This document shows positions 16,556 to 25,225 of a stretch of 32,000 nt of DNA, one piece after another. Below the pieces are notes generated by a model. The model saw nothing but the letters and a program-made list of their open reading frames with translations. It was not told the origin of the DNA and made no database searches. The stretch's first letter is position 1, and each line of letters begins with the position of its first letter. The translations under genes were made by a program, and so were the position numbers. Source of the DNA: Nostoc punctiforme PCC 73102 (GTDB lineage Bacteria > Cyanobacteriota > Cyanobacteriia > Cyanobacteriales > Nostocaceae); NCBI RefSeq assembly GCF_000020025.1, contig NC_010628.1, forward strand, positions 2,820,001-2,852,000, read 5' to 3'.

Positions 16556-16584
16556 CCGCTAATCAGGAGTACCTGATATAGCGG
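16556..16584 (+). terminator. stem-loop downstream of the repeat-protein gene (possible terminator; no U tract)
   Basis: ccgctaatcagg-agta-cctgatatagcgg forms a 12-bp stem with one bulge, starting 11 nt after the stop codon. Confidence 0.35.
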
Positions 16585-16699
16585 GGGATTCCAAAGATCG
16601 CTCTTTGGGTTTCCTCTTTCCACGACCCGACTTACTTGGAGGGATTTCTCCACCCATGCTCTTGTCGATGTCTCCAGAGGCGATTAACGTTTCTGTGTA

Positions 16700-16909
16700 C
16701 CCCCAAGGAATTTGTGCAACAAGCTGTTGCACAATTTGCTCATCTGGGTAAGCTTCAGCAAAAGCCCGCATATACTTCAGATTATGTGCTGAGAATCCCT
16801 TCATCTCTGGGAAAGCTTGTTTTAAATCTCTGGCGAGACGTTCGATAACTTTTGCACCCCATCCCTGTTGTTGTTGAAGAATATCTCGCCCAATTTGCCA
16901 ATAGAGTAA
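16700..16909 (-). pseudogene. remnant of a DUF1016/YhcG-type (PDDEXK nuclease family) gene, N-terminal domain only
   Basis: The minus-strand translation LLYWQIGRDILQQQQGWGAKVIERLARDLKQAFPEMKGFSAHNLKYMRAFAEAYPDEQIVQQLVAQIPWG matches the conserved YhcG N-terminal region. The first ~40 aa and the whole nuclease domain are absent, and the sequence diverges after IPWG. Confidence 0.6.
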
Positions 16910-16989
16910 TATGCCTAACCCACAAAAGTTTGATTAAATTTGGTTATACAAATTAGATGTGTTTTCGCTTAATGCTGTAGCTCACAGAA

Positions 16990-17499
16990 TTAAACAATCC
17001 GGTTGACAATTGTCCACACTTCTAAATCAGAGCGGACATAAGGAACGGAGATTGTTTTGAACCCAGTAATGAAAGGCTTGTAATAAATCTGCCAATACAT
17101 TGGACTCAGTTCATTGGCACAAGCTTTAAGAAAACGGACTTCTGCCGCCAATTCTCCAGCCAGTTGATTAATGCGTTGAGCATGAACCTGTGCCACTTCT
17201 TTTGCTTCTTCTAGCTGCTGCTGTTGGGTAAGTTGTTTTGATTCAACTTGCCAACGCACTAATTTATTTTGTTTTTGTTTGATTTGGACTTCCAAAGCTG
17301 CGATCGCAGCATCAATGCCTTGGAGTTCAACTGATAACTGGGCATTTTCCCTGGCTTGACGGCGATATGCTTCAACCATTGCCTGGGGTGAATCATTCTC
17401 GCTAGAGATAACATTATTAATAGTGAGTGCAGCGCGTTCTTCTAAAAGAATTTCAATTTGAGAGTTAAGCGCCGCCACTTCAGCCTGAATTTGCTCCAT
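16990..17499 (-). CDS. hypothetical coiled-coil protein
   Basis: The start is taken at the ATG at 17499 (MEQIQAEVAALNSQIEILLEERAAL), because the longer ORF to 17601 would overlap thrB. Heptad-like Q/E/A/L-rich sequence runs over ~130 aa, followed by a hydrophobic/aromatic C-terminus. Confidence 0.6.
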   Translation of the reverse strand: MEQIQAEVAALNSQIEILLEERAALTINNVISSENDSPQAMVEAYRRQARENAQLSVELQGIDAAIAALEVQIKQKQNKLVRWQVESKQLTQQQQLEEAKEVAQVHAQRINQLAGELAAEVRFLKACANELSPMYWQIYYKPFITGFKTISVPYVRSDLEVWTIVNRIV

Positions 17500-17528
17500 A
17501 AATCGAGTTTTAAGTGCTGAGTAAAATC

Positions 17529-18443
17529 TTAAAAACTTTTTGCGCCTTGGGTATCGAGAGAAAGCGATCGCACCTCGGCTGTAATTCCTTCTTCTTGCCA
17601 AGCAGCTAACATCGCCGCCTCCACCGCCTCTGAGTGTAATTGATCCGCCAAAGCTAACAGTGTCGGCCCCGCACCACTAATTACCATACCATAAGCACCA
17701 GCACTAACAGCGGCAATGTTGACAGCATCATAACTAGGAATCAAAGCTTTCCGATAGGGCTGATGCAACTTATCTTGCAAAGCTGTCTTTAACCATTGTC
17801 CGTTACCAGTTTCCAAGCCGCGCAACAGTAACCCCAAATGTGCCGTATTGAAAATCGCATCAGCGCGACTCACCTCAGTTGGCAAAACACCCCGCGCCTC
17901 TGAAGTGGAAAGTTCAAAATTAGGAATAGCCACAACTGGTACAACATCTTTATGCCAGGGAACATCACAAATTTCCCAAGCTGTGCCACTGGTAGCAGCC
18001 AGACGACATCCTCCCAGCAAAGCTGGCACTACATTATCAGGATGTCCTTCCATTGCGATCGCTAACTCCATCACCTGCGACTGAGAAAGAGTAGCACCTT
18101 CAAGTTGATTTGCAGCAACTAATCCACCAACAATTGCTGTCGCCGAACTACCCAAACCCCTCGCCAGTGGGACACCTAACTTAATCTCTATTTTCACAGT
18201 CGGCGGCGTTTGCTCTATATGCTGATAGAATTTGACAAACGCCTGGTAGAGGAGATTGCTTTCATCAGTTTGGACTCGTTCAGCTTCTGTACCACTGACA
18301 TGAATAATTAGTCCACCTTCTTCTAGGCGAGTGAATCTGAACTCGTTGTAAAGCTTTAAAGCTGCACCGATGCAATCAAAACCAGGCCCCAAATTAGCAG
18401 TTGTGGCGGGAACAGTAACAGTGATGGCAGAAACAACAGACAT
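17529..18443 (-). CDS. thrB: homoserine kinase
   Basis: VPATTANLGPGFDCIGAAL and the GHMP-kinase motif PLARGLGSSATAIVGG. The start is ATG at 18443; TTG at 18449 is the alternative. Confidence 0.9.
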   Translation of the reverse strand: MSVVSAITVTVPATTANLGPGFDCIGAALKLYNEFRFTRLEEGGLIIHVSGTEAERVQTDESNLLYQAFVKFYQHIEQTPPTVKIEIKLGVPLARGLGSSATAIVGGLVAANQLEGATLSQSQVMELAIAMEGHPDNVVPALLGGCRLAATSGTAWEICDVPWHKDVVPVVAIPNFELSTSEARGVLPTEVSRADAIFNTAHLGLLLRGLETGNGQWLKTALQDKLHQPYRKALIPSYDAVNIAAVSAGAYGMVISGAGPTLLALADQLHSEAVEAAMLAAWQEEGITAEVRSLSLDTQGAKSF

Positions 18444-18616
18444 TGGCAAAACTCACTAATCATCAATTAGCATCTCACATAAGTGGTTGAATTCCACCCC
18501 TTCTAGGGGTGAGTGCGTCAAACAGGTAAAATGATTTCAAGAAAACTCTTCAGCAGAACTACAACGCTGAGAGTTAACCTAAAAATATTTTATGGTGCGA
18601 TCGCAGGAGGCAAAAA

Positions 18617-19357
18617 ATGAGCTTAGCTGGATTAAGAATTGTGTTGGTAGAACCAGCTGGGCCGATAAATATCGGGGCGATCGCCAGGGTAATGAAAAAT
18701 TTCGGGTTATATAATTTAGTATTAGTGAACCCCCAATGCGATCCGCTCTCGACGGAAGCTTTGATGATGGCTGTTCATGCTCAAGAAATTATAGAATCTG
18801 CGGTATTAGTGGCAACCTTACCAGAAGCATTGCATGGATGTGTACGGGCGATCGCTACCACCGGTCGCGTTCGCAGTTTAGAAACACCTTTAGAAAACCC
18901 ACGTACTGCACTACCCTGGTTACTGGAGGAACCAGAAAAACCCACAGCGCTGATTTTTGGCAGGGAAGACCGGGGATTAAGCAATGAAGAATTAAATTAT
19001 GCCCAGAGGTTTGTTGGTATTCCCACCAGTAAAGATTATGTAGCCCTAAATTTAGCTACTGCTGTGGCAATCTGTTGTTATGAATTGTCACAATCTGCCC
19101 AACAATTTGATACTCAGACCATAACCCAAACAGAACTTGCACCCTTAGATGTTTTAGAAGGATACTACCAGCAATTAGAATCACTATTACTGAAAATTGG
19201 TTATGTATATCCTCATACAGCAGCTAGTCGCATGGGAAAATTTCGCCAACTATATAATCGCGCTCACCTGAAAACTGGGGAAGTAGCCATGCTGCGAGGA
19301 ATTTTGCAGCAGGTAGAATGGGCTTTGAAAAACCAGAGGGATGGTGAAAACTTGTAA
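18617..19357 (+). CDS. SpoU/TrmH-class RNA 2'-O-methyltransferase (TrmJ-like)
   Basis: LRIVLVEPAGPINIGAIARVMKNFGL, FGREDRGLSNEEL and IPT...ALNLATAVAICCYEL are SPOUT class motifs. AGGAGG (18604-18609) lies upstream of the ATG. Confidence 0.85.
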   Translation: MSLAGLRIVLVEPAGPINIGAIARVMKNFGLYNLVLVNPQCDPLSTEALMMAVHAQEIIESAVLVATLPEALHGCVRAIATTGRVRSLETPLENPRTALPWLLEEPEKPTALIFGREDRGLSNEELNYAQRFVGIPTSKDYVALNLATAVAICCYELSQSAQQFDTQTITQTELAPLDVLEGYYQQLESLLLKIGYVYPHTAASRMGKFRQLYNRAHLKTGEVAMLRGILQQVEWALKNQRDGENL

Positions 19358-19530
19358 TTATTCGTTTAATATATACGCAATCACCCCCCAAAATATTTAA
19401 TATGGCTTAAACTAAACACAAAAACGCTACTTAGTGGCAAAGTGGAATTTGAGTATTAATATTGCTTAAAAATTAAGTTTTGGGTCAGGAGTCTGCAAGA
19501 AAACAGTCAAGTCGGTCACAAGGAGTAACT

Positions 19531-21093
19531 GTGTCAGAGTCAAGTGACGAACTAACAGCTTTCTCGCGGCGACAACCCCTAAATCGCCGCCAACGTCCAC
19601 AAAAAGTTCAAAAAGTGGCGCAAAAGAAAGTTAAAGCTAATAGCCAGCAGCAAGCTGCCAATGGACGAGAAGCGGCGCTAGCACGCTCCAAAAATCGCGT
19701 TGCTCCCCCCCCAAGCCCTGGTGCTACACGTAGGGTAAAATCGGGATTAGTCATGCCAACAGCAGTAAAACCAATACCAACTGTAAAAGGGAAAATTCCT
19801 CCCTTTCGACCAGGTGCTGTGATGGTGAAAACAGTGCGGATGGAAAAGCCAAAGGTCGGAAAGCGAACATCGCGGAAAACCCGATTAAAGCCAATGGCCA
19901 AAACTATGTTGTATGTTGTGCGCTTGTTGATTGTGGGTATTGGGATGGGTGCAATTGTAGGCACGGTATTGTCAGTATTAGACCCGGCTAATCGCATCAG
20001 TACAACTTCTGCACCTCAATCTAATAGTAATGTGGCGCGATCGCAGCCACAACCTACCCAAGCTCCCCCAACTGCATCTTCGAGCCTATATCTATCTCAG
20101 GAACTTATCTCTTTGAAAAATGCCGTGCAAAATTTGGCAGCGAACTACCCAAATCTTGCACCCGGTGTTTTCTTGGTAGATTTGGACACTGGCAATTATG
20201 TAGATGTCAATGGCTCTACCAGTTTTCCCGCAGCTAGCACAATTAAAGTGCCGATCCTACTAGCCTTTTTCCAGGATGTGGATGCGGGGAAAATTCGCCT
20301 TGATGAAATGCTGACCATGCAACAGGATATGGTCGCTGGCGGTTCTGGAGATATGGGGTCAAAACCAGCCGGAACCAAATATAATGCCCTGGAAGTCGTC
20401 ACTAAAATGATTACAATCAGCGACAACACGGCGACAAATATGCTGATTGCTCGGCTAGGAGGGATGGAGGCGTTAAACCAGCGTTTCCGCACTTGGGGAT
20501 TGACAACCACAACAATTCGTAATAGCTTGCCAGATTTACAAGGGACAAATACTACTAGTCCCAAAGAATTAGCGAATTTGATGGCTATTGTGAGTCAGGG
20601 AAATTTAGTCAGTATGCCATCACGCGATCTCATGCTCGATATCTTGCGTCGCACCCAAAGGGACACTCTACTACCATCGGGTTTGGGAACAGGCGCAAGA
20701 GCATTCCACAAAACGGGCGATATCGGTACTATGCTGGCAGACACAGGTTTAATTGTTGTTCCCACTGGCAAGCGCTATATAGCTAGCGTCATGGTACAAC
20801 GCCCCGAAAACGACCCTCGCGCCGAAAAACTGATTAGCTCAATTTCTCGTGCTGCCTACCAAGAGTTTAGCCAAAATGCTGTTACACCCAACAGTACCAC
20901 AAGTACTATACCCGCAAATGGTTATCAGCCCCAGATTGGGAATCCTGTACCCAACAGTACGACAGGTACTGTACCCATGAGTGGTTATCAGCCCCCTGTT
21001 ATCAGTCCTGTACCTAATGGGATGGGAAGTACTGTGCCGGCAAATGGTTATCAGTCTCCAGTTATGAATCAACAGTATTATCCTCAAAGATAA
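19531..21093 (+). CDS. membrane-anchored class-A beta-lactamase-like serine hydrolase with a C-terminal 3 x 21-aa repeat
   Basis: ASTIKVPIL (SxxK), ISDNTATN (SDN) and HKTGD (KTG). The N-terminus is basic and followed by one TM (MLYVVRLLIVGIGMGAIVGTVLSVL). The start is taken at GTG 19531, 5 nt after AAGGAG (19520-19525); the maximal ORF starts at TTG 19480. Confidence 0.8.
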   Translation: MSESSDELTAFSRRQPLNRRQRPQKVQKVAQKKVKANSQQQAANGREAALARSKNRVAPPPSPGATRRVKSGLVMPTAVKPIPTVKGKIPPFRPGAVMVKTVRMEKPKVGKRTSRKTRLKPMAKTMLYVVRLLIVGIGMGAIVGTVLSVLDPANRISTTSAPQSNSNVARSQPQPTQAPPTASSSLYLSQELISLKNAVQNLAANYPNLAPGVFLVDLDTGNYVDVNGSTSFPAASTIKVPILLAFFQDVDAGKIRLDEMLTMQQDMVAGGSGDMGSKPAGTKYNALEVVTKMITISDNTATNMLIARLGGMEALNQRFRTWGLTTTTIRNSLPDLQGTNTTSPKELANLMAIVSQGNLVSMPSRDLMLDILRRTQRDTLLPSGLGTGARAFHKTGDIGTMLADTGLIVVPTGKRYIASVMVQRPENDPRAEKLISSISRAAYQEFSQNAVTPNSTTSTIPANGYQPQIGNPVPNSTTGTVPMSGYQPPVISPVPNGMGSTVPANGYQSPVMNQQYYPQR

Positions 21094-21312
21094 GTAGGTC
21101 GGCGTATCGTTGGATAAGACAGCGAGCTGGGGGAATTAGCGGTATGCAAGCGCTGCACTAAATTAAAATCACAAAGTCTACTCTGTAGAGGCTAGCGATC
21201 GCAATTGAAGTTACAATTTCTGTTTGCAAATCAAATAAGATTGCTATACCCGAAACTATCAACCAAATAGTCATTGCTCAAATTCAAACACTAATTGTCA
21301 AAATTCAAACGT

Positions 21313-21542
21313 TTGCAACAAATATTCTTCCATATATAAGAAACGCTTAAGTATTTCTTGCAAAGATATAATTAGTTGTAGCAAATACTTAATACTTTGC
21401 AACAAATACTCTTCCATATATAAGAAACGCTTAAGTATTTCTTTCAAAAGTATAATCAGTTGTAGCAAATGCTTAATACTTTGCAACAAATACTCTTCCA
21501 TATATAAGAAACATTTAAATCATTGCAACAATTGTTGTAATG
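21313..21542. repeat. 84-bp tandem repeat, ~2.7 copies, each unit containing a 22-bp imperfect palindrome
   Basis: Units start at 21313, 21397 and 21481 (ttgcaacaaataYtcttccatatataagaaacgcttaagtatttctt...). The palindrome is aagaaacgCTTAAGtatttctt. The array ends in the near-palindrome attgcaacaattgttgtaat. Confidence 0.8.
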
Positions 21543-21729
21543 AACTTATGAATTGATTAGTTATTGGTCATTAGACTTCGGCATTGCTGATGCGGCAGGA
21601 AACCATGATACTTATCTCTATAGTTCTGACTGATGGGAATTATTTTTTCACGTTGCTGATTTAGATTATGAATATTGTCTCGTTTGCAAAGAATAAGAGT
21701 TATTATAAGTTGCTCTTTAATCTCTTTTC

Positions 21730-21805
21730 TCTGCGTTCTCTGCGCCTCTGTGGTTAAATAAATGATTTATAAACCGCAGAGGCACAGAGGACACGGAGGA
21801 AGAAG
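21730..21805. repeat. Hairpin-forming dispersed repeat (same family as 10169-10203)
   Basis: The arms are ctctgcgttctctgcgcctctgtggtt and aaccgcagaggcacagaggacacggag, with the loop aaataaatgatttata. Confidence 0.5.
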
Positions 21806-21832
21806 TTAAACTTAGAAGAGTTTGTAGTTTAC

Positions 21833-21901
21833 ATGAGTAACGAATTCATAGAATTGCCTGAAGGTTGGCTGTGGACAAAATTAGGAAATTTTAACTCTTA
21901 A
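21833..21901 (+). pseudogene. possible 22-aa remnant of a type I restriction-modification specificity (HsdS) N-terminus
   Basis: MSNEFIELPEGWLWTKLGNFNS resembles the common HsdS start (LPEGWEWxKLGE). It stops after 22 codons and overlaps the dprA stop. It is very short, so this is weak. Confidence 0.25.
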
Positions 21902-23061
21902 CTTTTTTGATACCGCATCCCTGGTAGTTGCAAAACTAAACCCATAAGTTCCAACTGTAACAAAGCACCCGAAACTGAGCCAGCAGCCATGCCGGTTTGT
22001 TCAACAATAAAATCGAAGGGTAAAGCATCACTTGTAAACGCATCCATTACCGTTTGCAATTCTGGCGATAAAGTTGGCATTAACTGTTCTGGCGCTGTGG
22101 AAGTCTCGACTCTATCAATTTGTGGTATTGCTCCCAGCATTGTTAACAGTTCATCTAATTCCTTGACAATCAAAGAAGCTCCCTGACTAAGTAACTTTAA
22201 GCACCCTTGAGATGGATGCTCGTCTACTCTTCCAGGTAAGGCATAGACATCTCTACCAAATTCATTTGCGTAAGTAGCTGTAATTAAAGCACCAGATTTT
22301 AAAGGCGCTTCTATTACGAGGATGGCGCGGCTTAAACCCGCAATAATTCGGTTGCGACGGGGAAAGTGCGTGCGATCGGGTGGGGTTTTTGTGGGGTACT
22401 CACTTACAACTAATCCAGCCGTCAAAATTTGCTTGTACAAATCCCGATTTTTATGTGGATAGATCACATCTACACCAGTTCCTAAAACTGCGATCGTGCG
22501 TCCACCTGCTTTCATTGCAGCGATGTGGCTTTCTGTGTCAATTCCCTCTGCCATTCCAGAAACAACTGTAAAGCCATTTTTAGCCAAAGCTGTACTAATT
22601 TGGCGAGTCCAACGGATGCCATATTCTGAGGGTTGGCGTGTGCCGACAATCCCAACCATCGGTTTTTGTCCGAGATTTTCTTGGAGTTCGACTTCACCGC
22701 GATAGTACAAAATCGGCGGTGGACTGGGAGTTTCAAGCAGTAAGCGGGGATAATCTGTGTCTGCTGGTGTCCAGAAATGGGAATTTTCTTGCTGGTGCTT
22801 GGTGAATAGTTGTTCTGGGTGCAAACGCGATCGCTGTTGTACTACTTTTTCTAGGGTCTGAAAACCAAAACCCTCCACTTCTCCTAACTGTACCTTGGTA
22901 GCGTTCCAAGCTGTTGCCAGCGTGCCAAAATGCTGTTGCAGTCGTCGCAATAATACCGGGCCAATTCCCGAAATTTGCGCCCAAGCTATCCAATATGCGC
23001 CTTCTTGTACCACGGTTTCATCCTCACGCCTACTGGATTGAGTATTCCCAAATTTTCCCAA
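21898..23061 (-). CDS. dprA: DNA-processing protein DprA (Smf)
   Basis: AYWIAWAQISGIGPVLLRRL at the N-terminus. The Rossmann-like core has VGIVGTRQPSEYG, SGMAEGIDTESHIAAMKAGGRTIAVLGTGVDVIYPHKN and RNRIIAGLS. The start is uncertain: TTG at 23061, or GTG at 23013 preceded by GAGGA. Confidence 0.9.
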   Translation of the reverse strand: MGKFGNTQSSRREDETVVQEGAYWIAWAQISGIGPVLLRRLQQHFGTLATAWNATKVQLGEVEGFGFQTLEKVVQQRSRLHPEQLFTKHQQENSHFWTPADTDYPRLLLETPSPPPILYYRGEVELQENLGQKPMVGIVGTRQPSEYGIRWTRQISTALAKNGFTVVSGMAEGIDTESHIAAMKAGGRTIAVLGTGVDVIYPHKNRDLYKQILTAGLVVSEYPTKTPPDRTHFPRRNRIIAGLSRAILVIEAPLKSGALITATYANEFGRDVYALPGRVDEHPSQGCLKLLSQGASLIVKELDELLTMLGAIPQIDRVETSTAPEQLMPTLSPELQTVMDAFTSDALPFDFIVEQTGMAAGSVSGALLQLELMGLVLQLPGMRYQKS

Positions 23062-23088
23062 ATTAGCGTTGGCTGTTGATGTGGAGGT

Positions 23089-23263
23089 GGGGACAAGGGG
23101 GACAAGGGAGATAAGGGGACAAGGGAGACAAGGGAGAATTATTGAATAAATCTCTCCCTTGTCTCCCCCCTCTTTCTTGTCTACCTTGTCTCTTCTCTAT
23201 GCTCAATCCCCAATTCCCCTTGACTTTTGACTCTTGACTCTTGACTATTAACTATTGACTATC
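23089..23263. repeat. Heptamer/decamer tandem repeats and a long potential hairpin in the dprA / SGNH-hydrolase divergent spacer
   Basis: ggggacaagg-type repeats lie at 23089-23137. Their complement tctctcccttgtctccc lies at 23151-23167, giving a ~15-bp stem. TTGACTN occurs x6 at 23220-23261. Confidence 0.7.
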
Positions 23264-23282
23264 TATCTTCCGATCTTCTGTG

Positions 23283-24419
23283 ATGAAATATTTCTATCGT
23301 CTTTTAATAAGCCTATCTGGGTGCTTAATATTTTTACTGGTGCATAGTGGTCTTGGTTTATTGCCTAGTTTGGCGGCCGAGAAAGTTACTGTCAGATACG
23401 GGCTGTTTGAGCAATCGATCCCGGTGGCAGATATACGCAACTATGGCGAGAAGCAAAAGGCTTCTAGCGATTTGCAATCTTTCTTAGATTACCTCAGCGC
23501 TAAAGAGAAAGAGAAGTTTCAAGAAGCCCTTCAAGTGAAAATGTCGCTTGATATTGTGGCTTTAGATAAGCTGATAAACACAGGAATGGGCAAGCAAATT
23601 TTATCTTTTGCTTCTGGTGCGATCGCCCGCCGCGATCGAGCCAGTATACAAGCCCTACGTTCTGCCATTATCATCGGAGCAAAATCACCAGAAGGTCTAG
23701 GATTAATCAGCTTTTTAGAAGCATATCCTAGTAATCAACTAGTTGTTGACGTGTCAAAAATTTCTAAGCTAGTTGGACTAGCAAATTCCTCTTCTAATTC
23801 TGCTGATGCATCACCGAAAGACAATGTAAGTTCTTCACCTTTTGGAAAAATTGCACTGCAATATCAAATACTCGCCGCCCAAGATAAACAGTTTTCAGGG
23901 TGCTTATTTGGCGATTCTATTTCGGCTGGACTTGGTAATACCCTTGGGAGTGGCACTTTTAATTTTGGGTTAAATGGCCTAAGCACAATCTCATTACTGG
24001 AACAATTGAAAAGTTTAATTCCTACTAAAGTTAGATGCGAAAAAGCTATTATTGCCGTAGGTGGTAATGATGCTTGGTATGGAATTAATGATGAATTGTT
24101 TACCAAAAATCTCCAAGAGGCGATCGCACTTGTTAGAACAATGGGAAATAAAGAGATTTTTCTAATTCCGGCTTTTTATTCAACAGTTGCAGCCAGCTTA
24201 GATCCAACTGTATCAGCTCCACTTCCTAAAGTTGAACAAATTAATGTTCTAATTAATCAAGTCGCTGAGAAAGAAAAAGTGCCAGTTGCAGCAGCAGGAT
24301 TAGCACCATTGTATGAGAATAATGTTCTTAAAGAGAATTTGACGAGCGATGGCGACCATCTCAATGCTGAGGGTCTAAAAATTTATCGACAAGCATTATT
24401 ACAAATCCTGGAAAAATAA
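23283..24419 (+). CDS. DUF1400-domain plus SGNH/GDSL-family hydrolase, secreted or membrane-anchored
   Basis: Signal/anchor MKYFYRLLISLSGCLIFLLV. AAEKVTVRYGLFEQSIPVADIRNYGE resembles the cyanobacterial DUF1400 N-domain. SGNH blocks: GDSISAG, GGNDAWY and DGDHLN. ATG at 23283 follows an in-frame GTG at 23280. Confidence 0.8.
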   Translation: MKYFYRLLISLSGCLIFLLVHSGLGLLPSLAAEKVTVRYGLFEQSIPVADIRNYGEKQKASSDLQSFLDYLSAKEKEKFQEALQVKMSLDIVALDKLINTGMGKQILSFASGAIARRDRASIQALRSAIIIGAKSPEGLGLISFLEAYPSNQLVVDVSKISKLVGLANSSSNSADASPKDNVSSSPFGKIALQYQILAAQDKQFSGCLFGDSISAGLGNTLGSGTFNFGLNGLSTISLLEQLKSLIPTKVRCEKAIIAVGGNDAWYGINDELFTKNLQEAIALVRTMGNKEIFLIPAFYSTVAASLDPTVSAPLPKVEQINVLINQVAEKEKVPVAAAGLAPLYENNVLKENLTSDGDHLNAEGLKIYRQALLQILEK

Positions 24420-24482
24420 GATGATTTTGTGTCTTGTCAAAAGTCCCCGATTAAGTTAAATATTTTTTGCTTGAAAGTCCAT

Positions 24483-24529
24483 AATTCGTAACTCGAAATT
24501 ACGAATTACGAATTACGAATTACGAATTA
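24483..24529. repeat. ATTACGA heptamer tandem repeat (~4.5 copies) forming a hairpin with upstream AATTCGTAA
   Basis: aattcgtaa (24483-24491) pairs with ttacgaatt (24499-24507). The heptamers run 24498-24529. The repeat lies between convergent genes, so it may act as a bidirectional terminator. Confidence 0.7.
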
Positions 24530-24535
24530 TCACCT

Positions 24536-25225
24536 TTAGGCTTTCCAACTCAAAAACCGCGCATAAATATAAGCGATGCCTTCATCAATAATTGCCCGCA
24601 CACCTTGGCTAGAAACCCACCATTTGTTTGGATCGTAATCATGTGTTTTAGCTGCGATCGCACCAACTTGGACTTTAGGTGTAAGTATTTTTCTGAATAG
24701 CAACCAACTCCTGCGGGTATGAACATCCAAAGAAAAAACATTAACTGATTGTAGCTTTAAATTGGAATCGGATAGCCAGCGATAAAATTCAGCAGCAGAT
24801 GCATAACTACGATCCTTGATTACGTTTGGTGTCGGAACAGCTACTACCTTCTCTGATTCTAAACCGAGTTTCTCGAAGGTAGCAGCTGATACTTCTGCAA
24901 AGCTTTTATATTCGCTAAGATAATTTCCTTTTTCTATCGATCCTCCTGTAGTAATTACTAGATTATAAGAACCGTTTTTAAATTCAGTTAAAGCTTGTTG
25001 TATGGCATAATCTGGTAGCCATCCCTCAACAACTAATACTTCTGCTGATTTGATCGGGGAAGTCACGGCGAGAAATGAGTGTACATGAGTAATAGCGAAA
25101 AATATTAAATAAGCAATCAAAGCGATCGCAATCGCCCACCCCTGAGCCGTAAGTGTCCACATTTCTTGGCGTTTTATTAGTTTTATTTTTGGAAAATTTT
25201 TACGCCGACGGTTTTTTGCCTGCAT
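24536..25225 (-). CDS. DUF218 (YdcF/ElyC/SanA-like) domain protein with N-terminal TM anchor
   Basis: One TM (WAIAIALIAYLIFFAITHV), then AEVLVVEGWLPDYAIQQA...LVITTGG and DVHTRRS, resembling the DUF218 core. The ATG overlaps the upstream stop (TAATG at 25223-25227). Confidence 0.55.
   Translation of the reverse strand: MQAKNRRRKNFPKIKLIKRQEMWTLTAQGWAIAIALIAYLIFFAITHVHSFLAVTSPIKSAEVLVVEGWLPDYAIQQALTEFKNGSYNLVITTGGSIEKGNYLSEYKSFAEVSAATFEKLGLESEKVVAVPTPNVIKDRSYASAAEFYRWLSDSNLKLQSVNVFSLDVHTRRSWLLFRKILTPKVQVGAIAAKTHDYDPNKWWVSSQGVRAIIDEGIAYIYARFLSWKA

Noticed and set aside
19608-20564. Minus-strand ORFs 19608-19997 and 20196-20564
   Set aside because: They are antisense to the beta-lactamase-like gene, which has clear SxxK/SDN/KTG motifs. 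These are typical shadow ORFs.
21298-21501. 67-aa minus-strand ORF with repeated MEEYLLQSIK.LLQLI peptide
   Set aside because: It arises only because the 84-bp tandem repeat is a multiple of 3. It is AT-rich, has no ribosome-binding site and resembles no protein. It is treated as a DNA repeat. A real repetitive micro-protein cannot be fully excluded without expression data.
21313-21542. Possible CRISPR array
   Set aside because: The units are contiguous with no unique spacers, the 84-bp unit is too long, and no cas genes are nearby.
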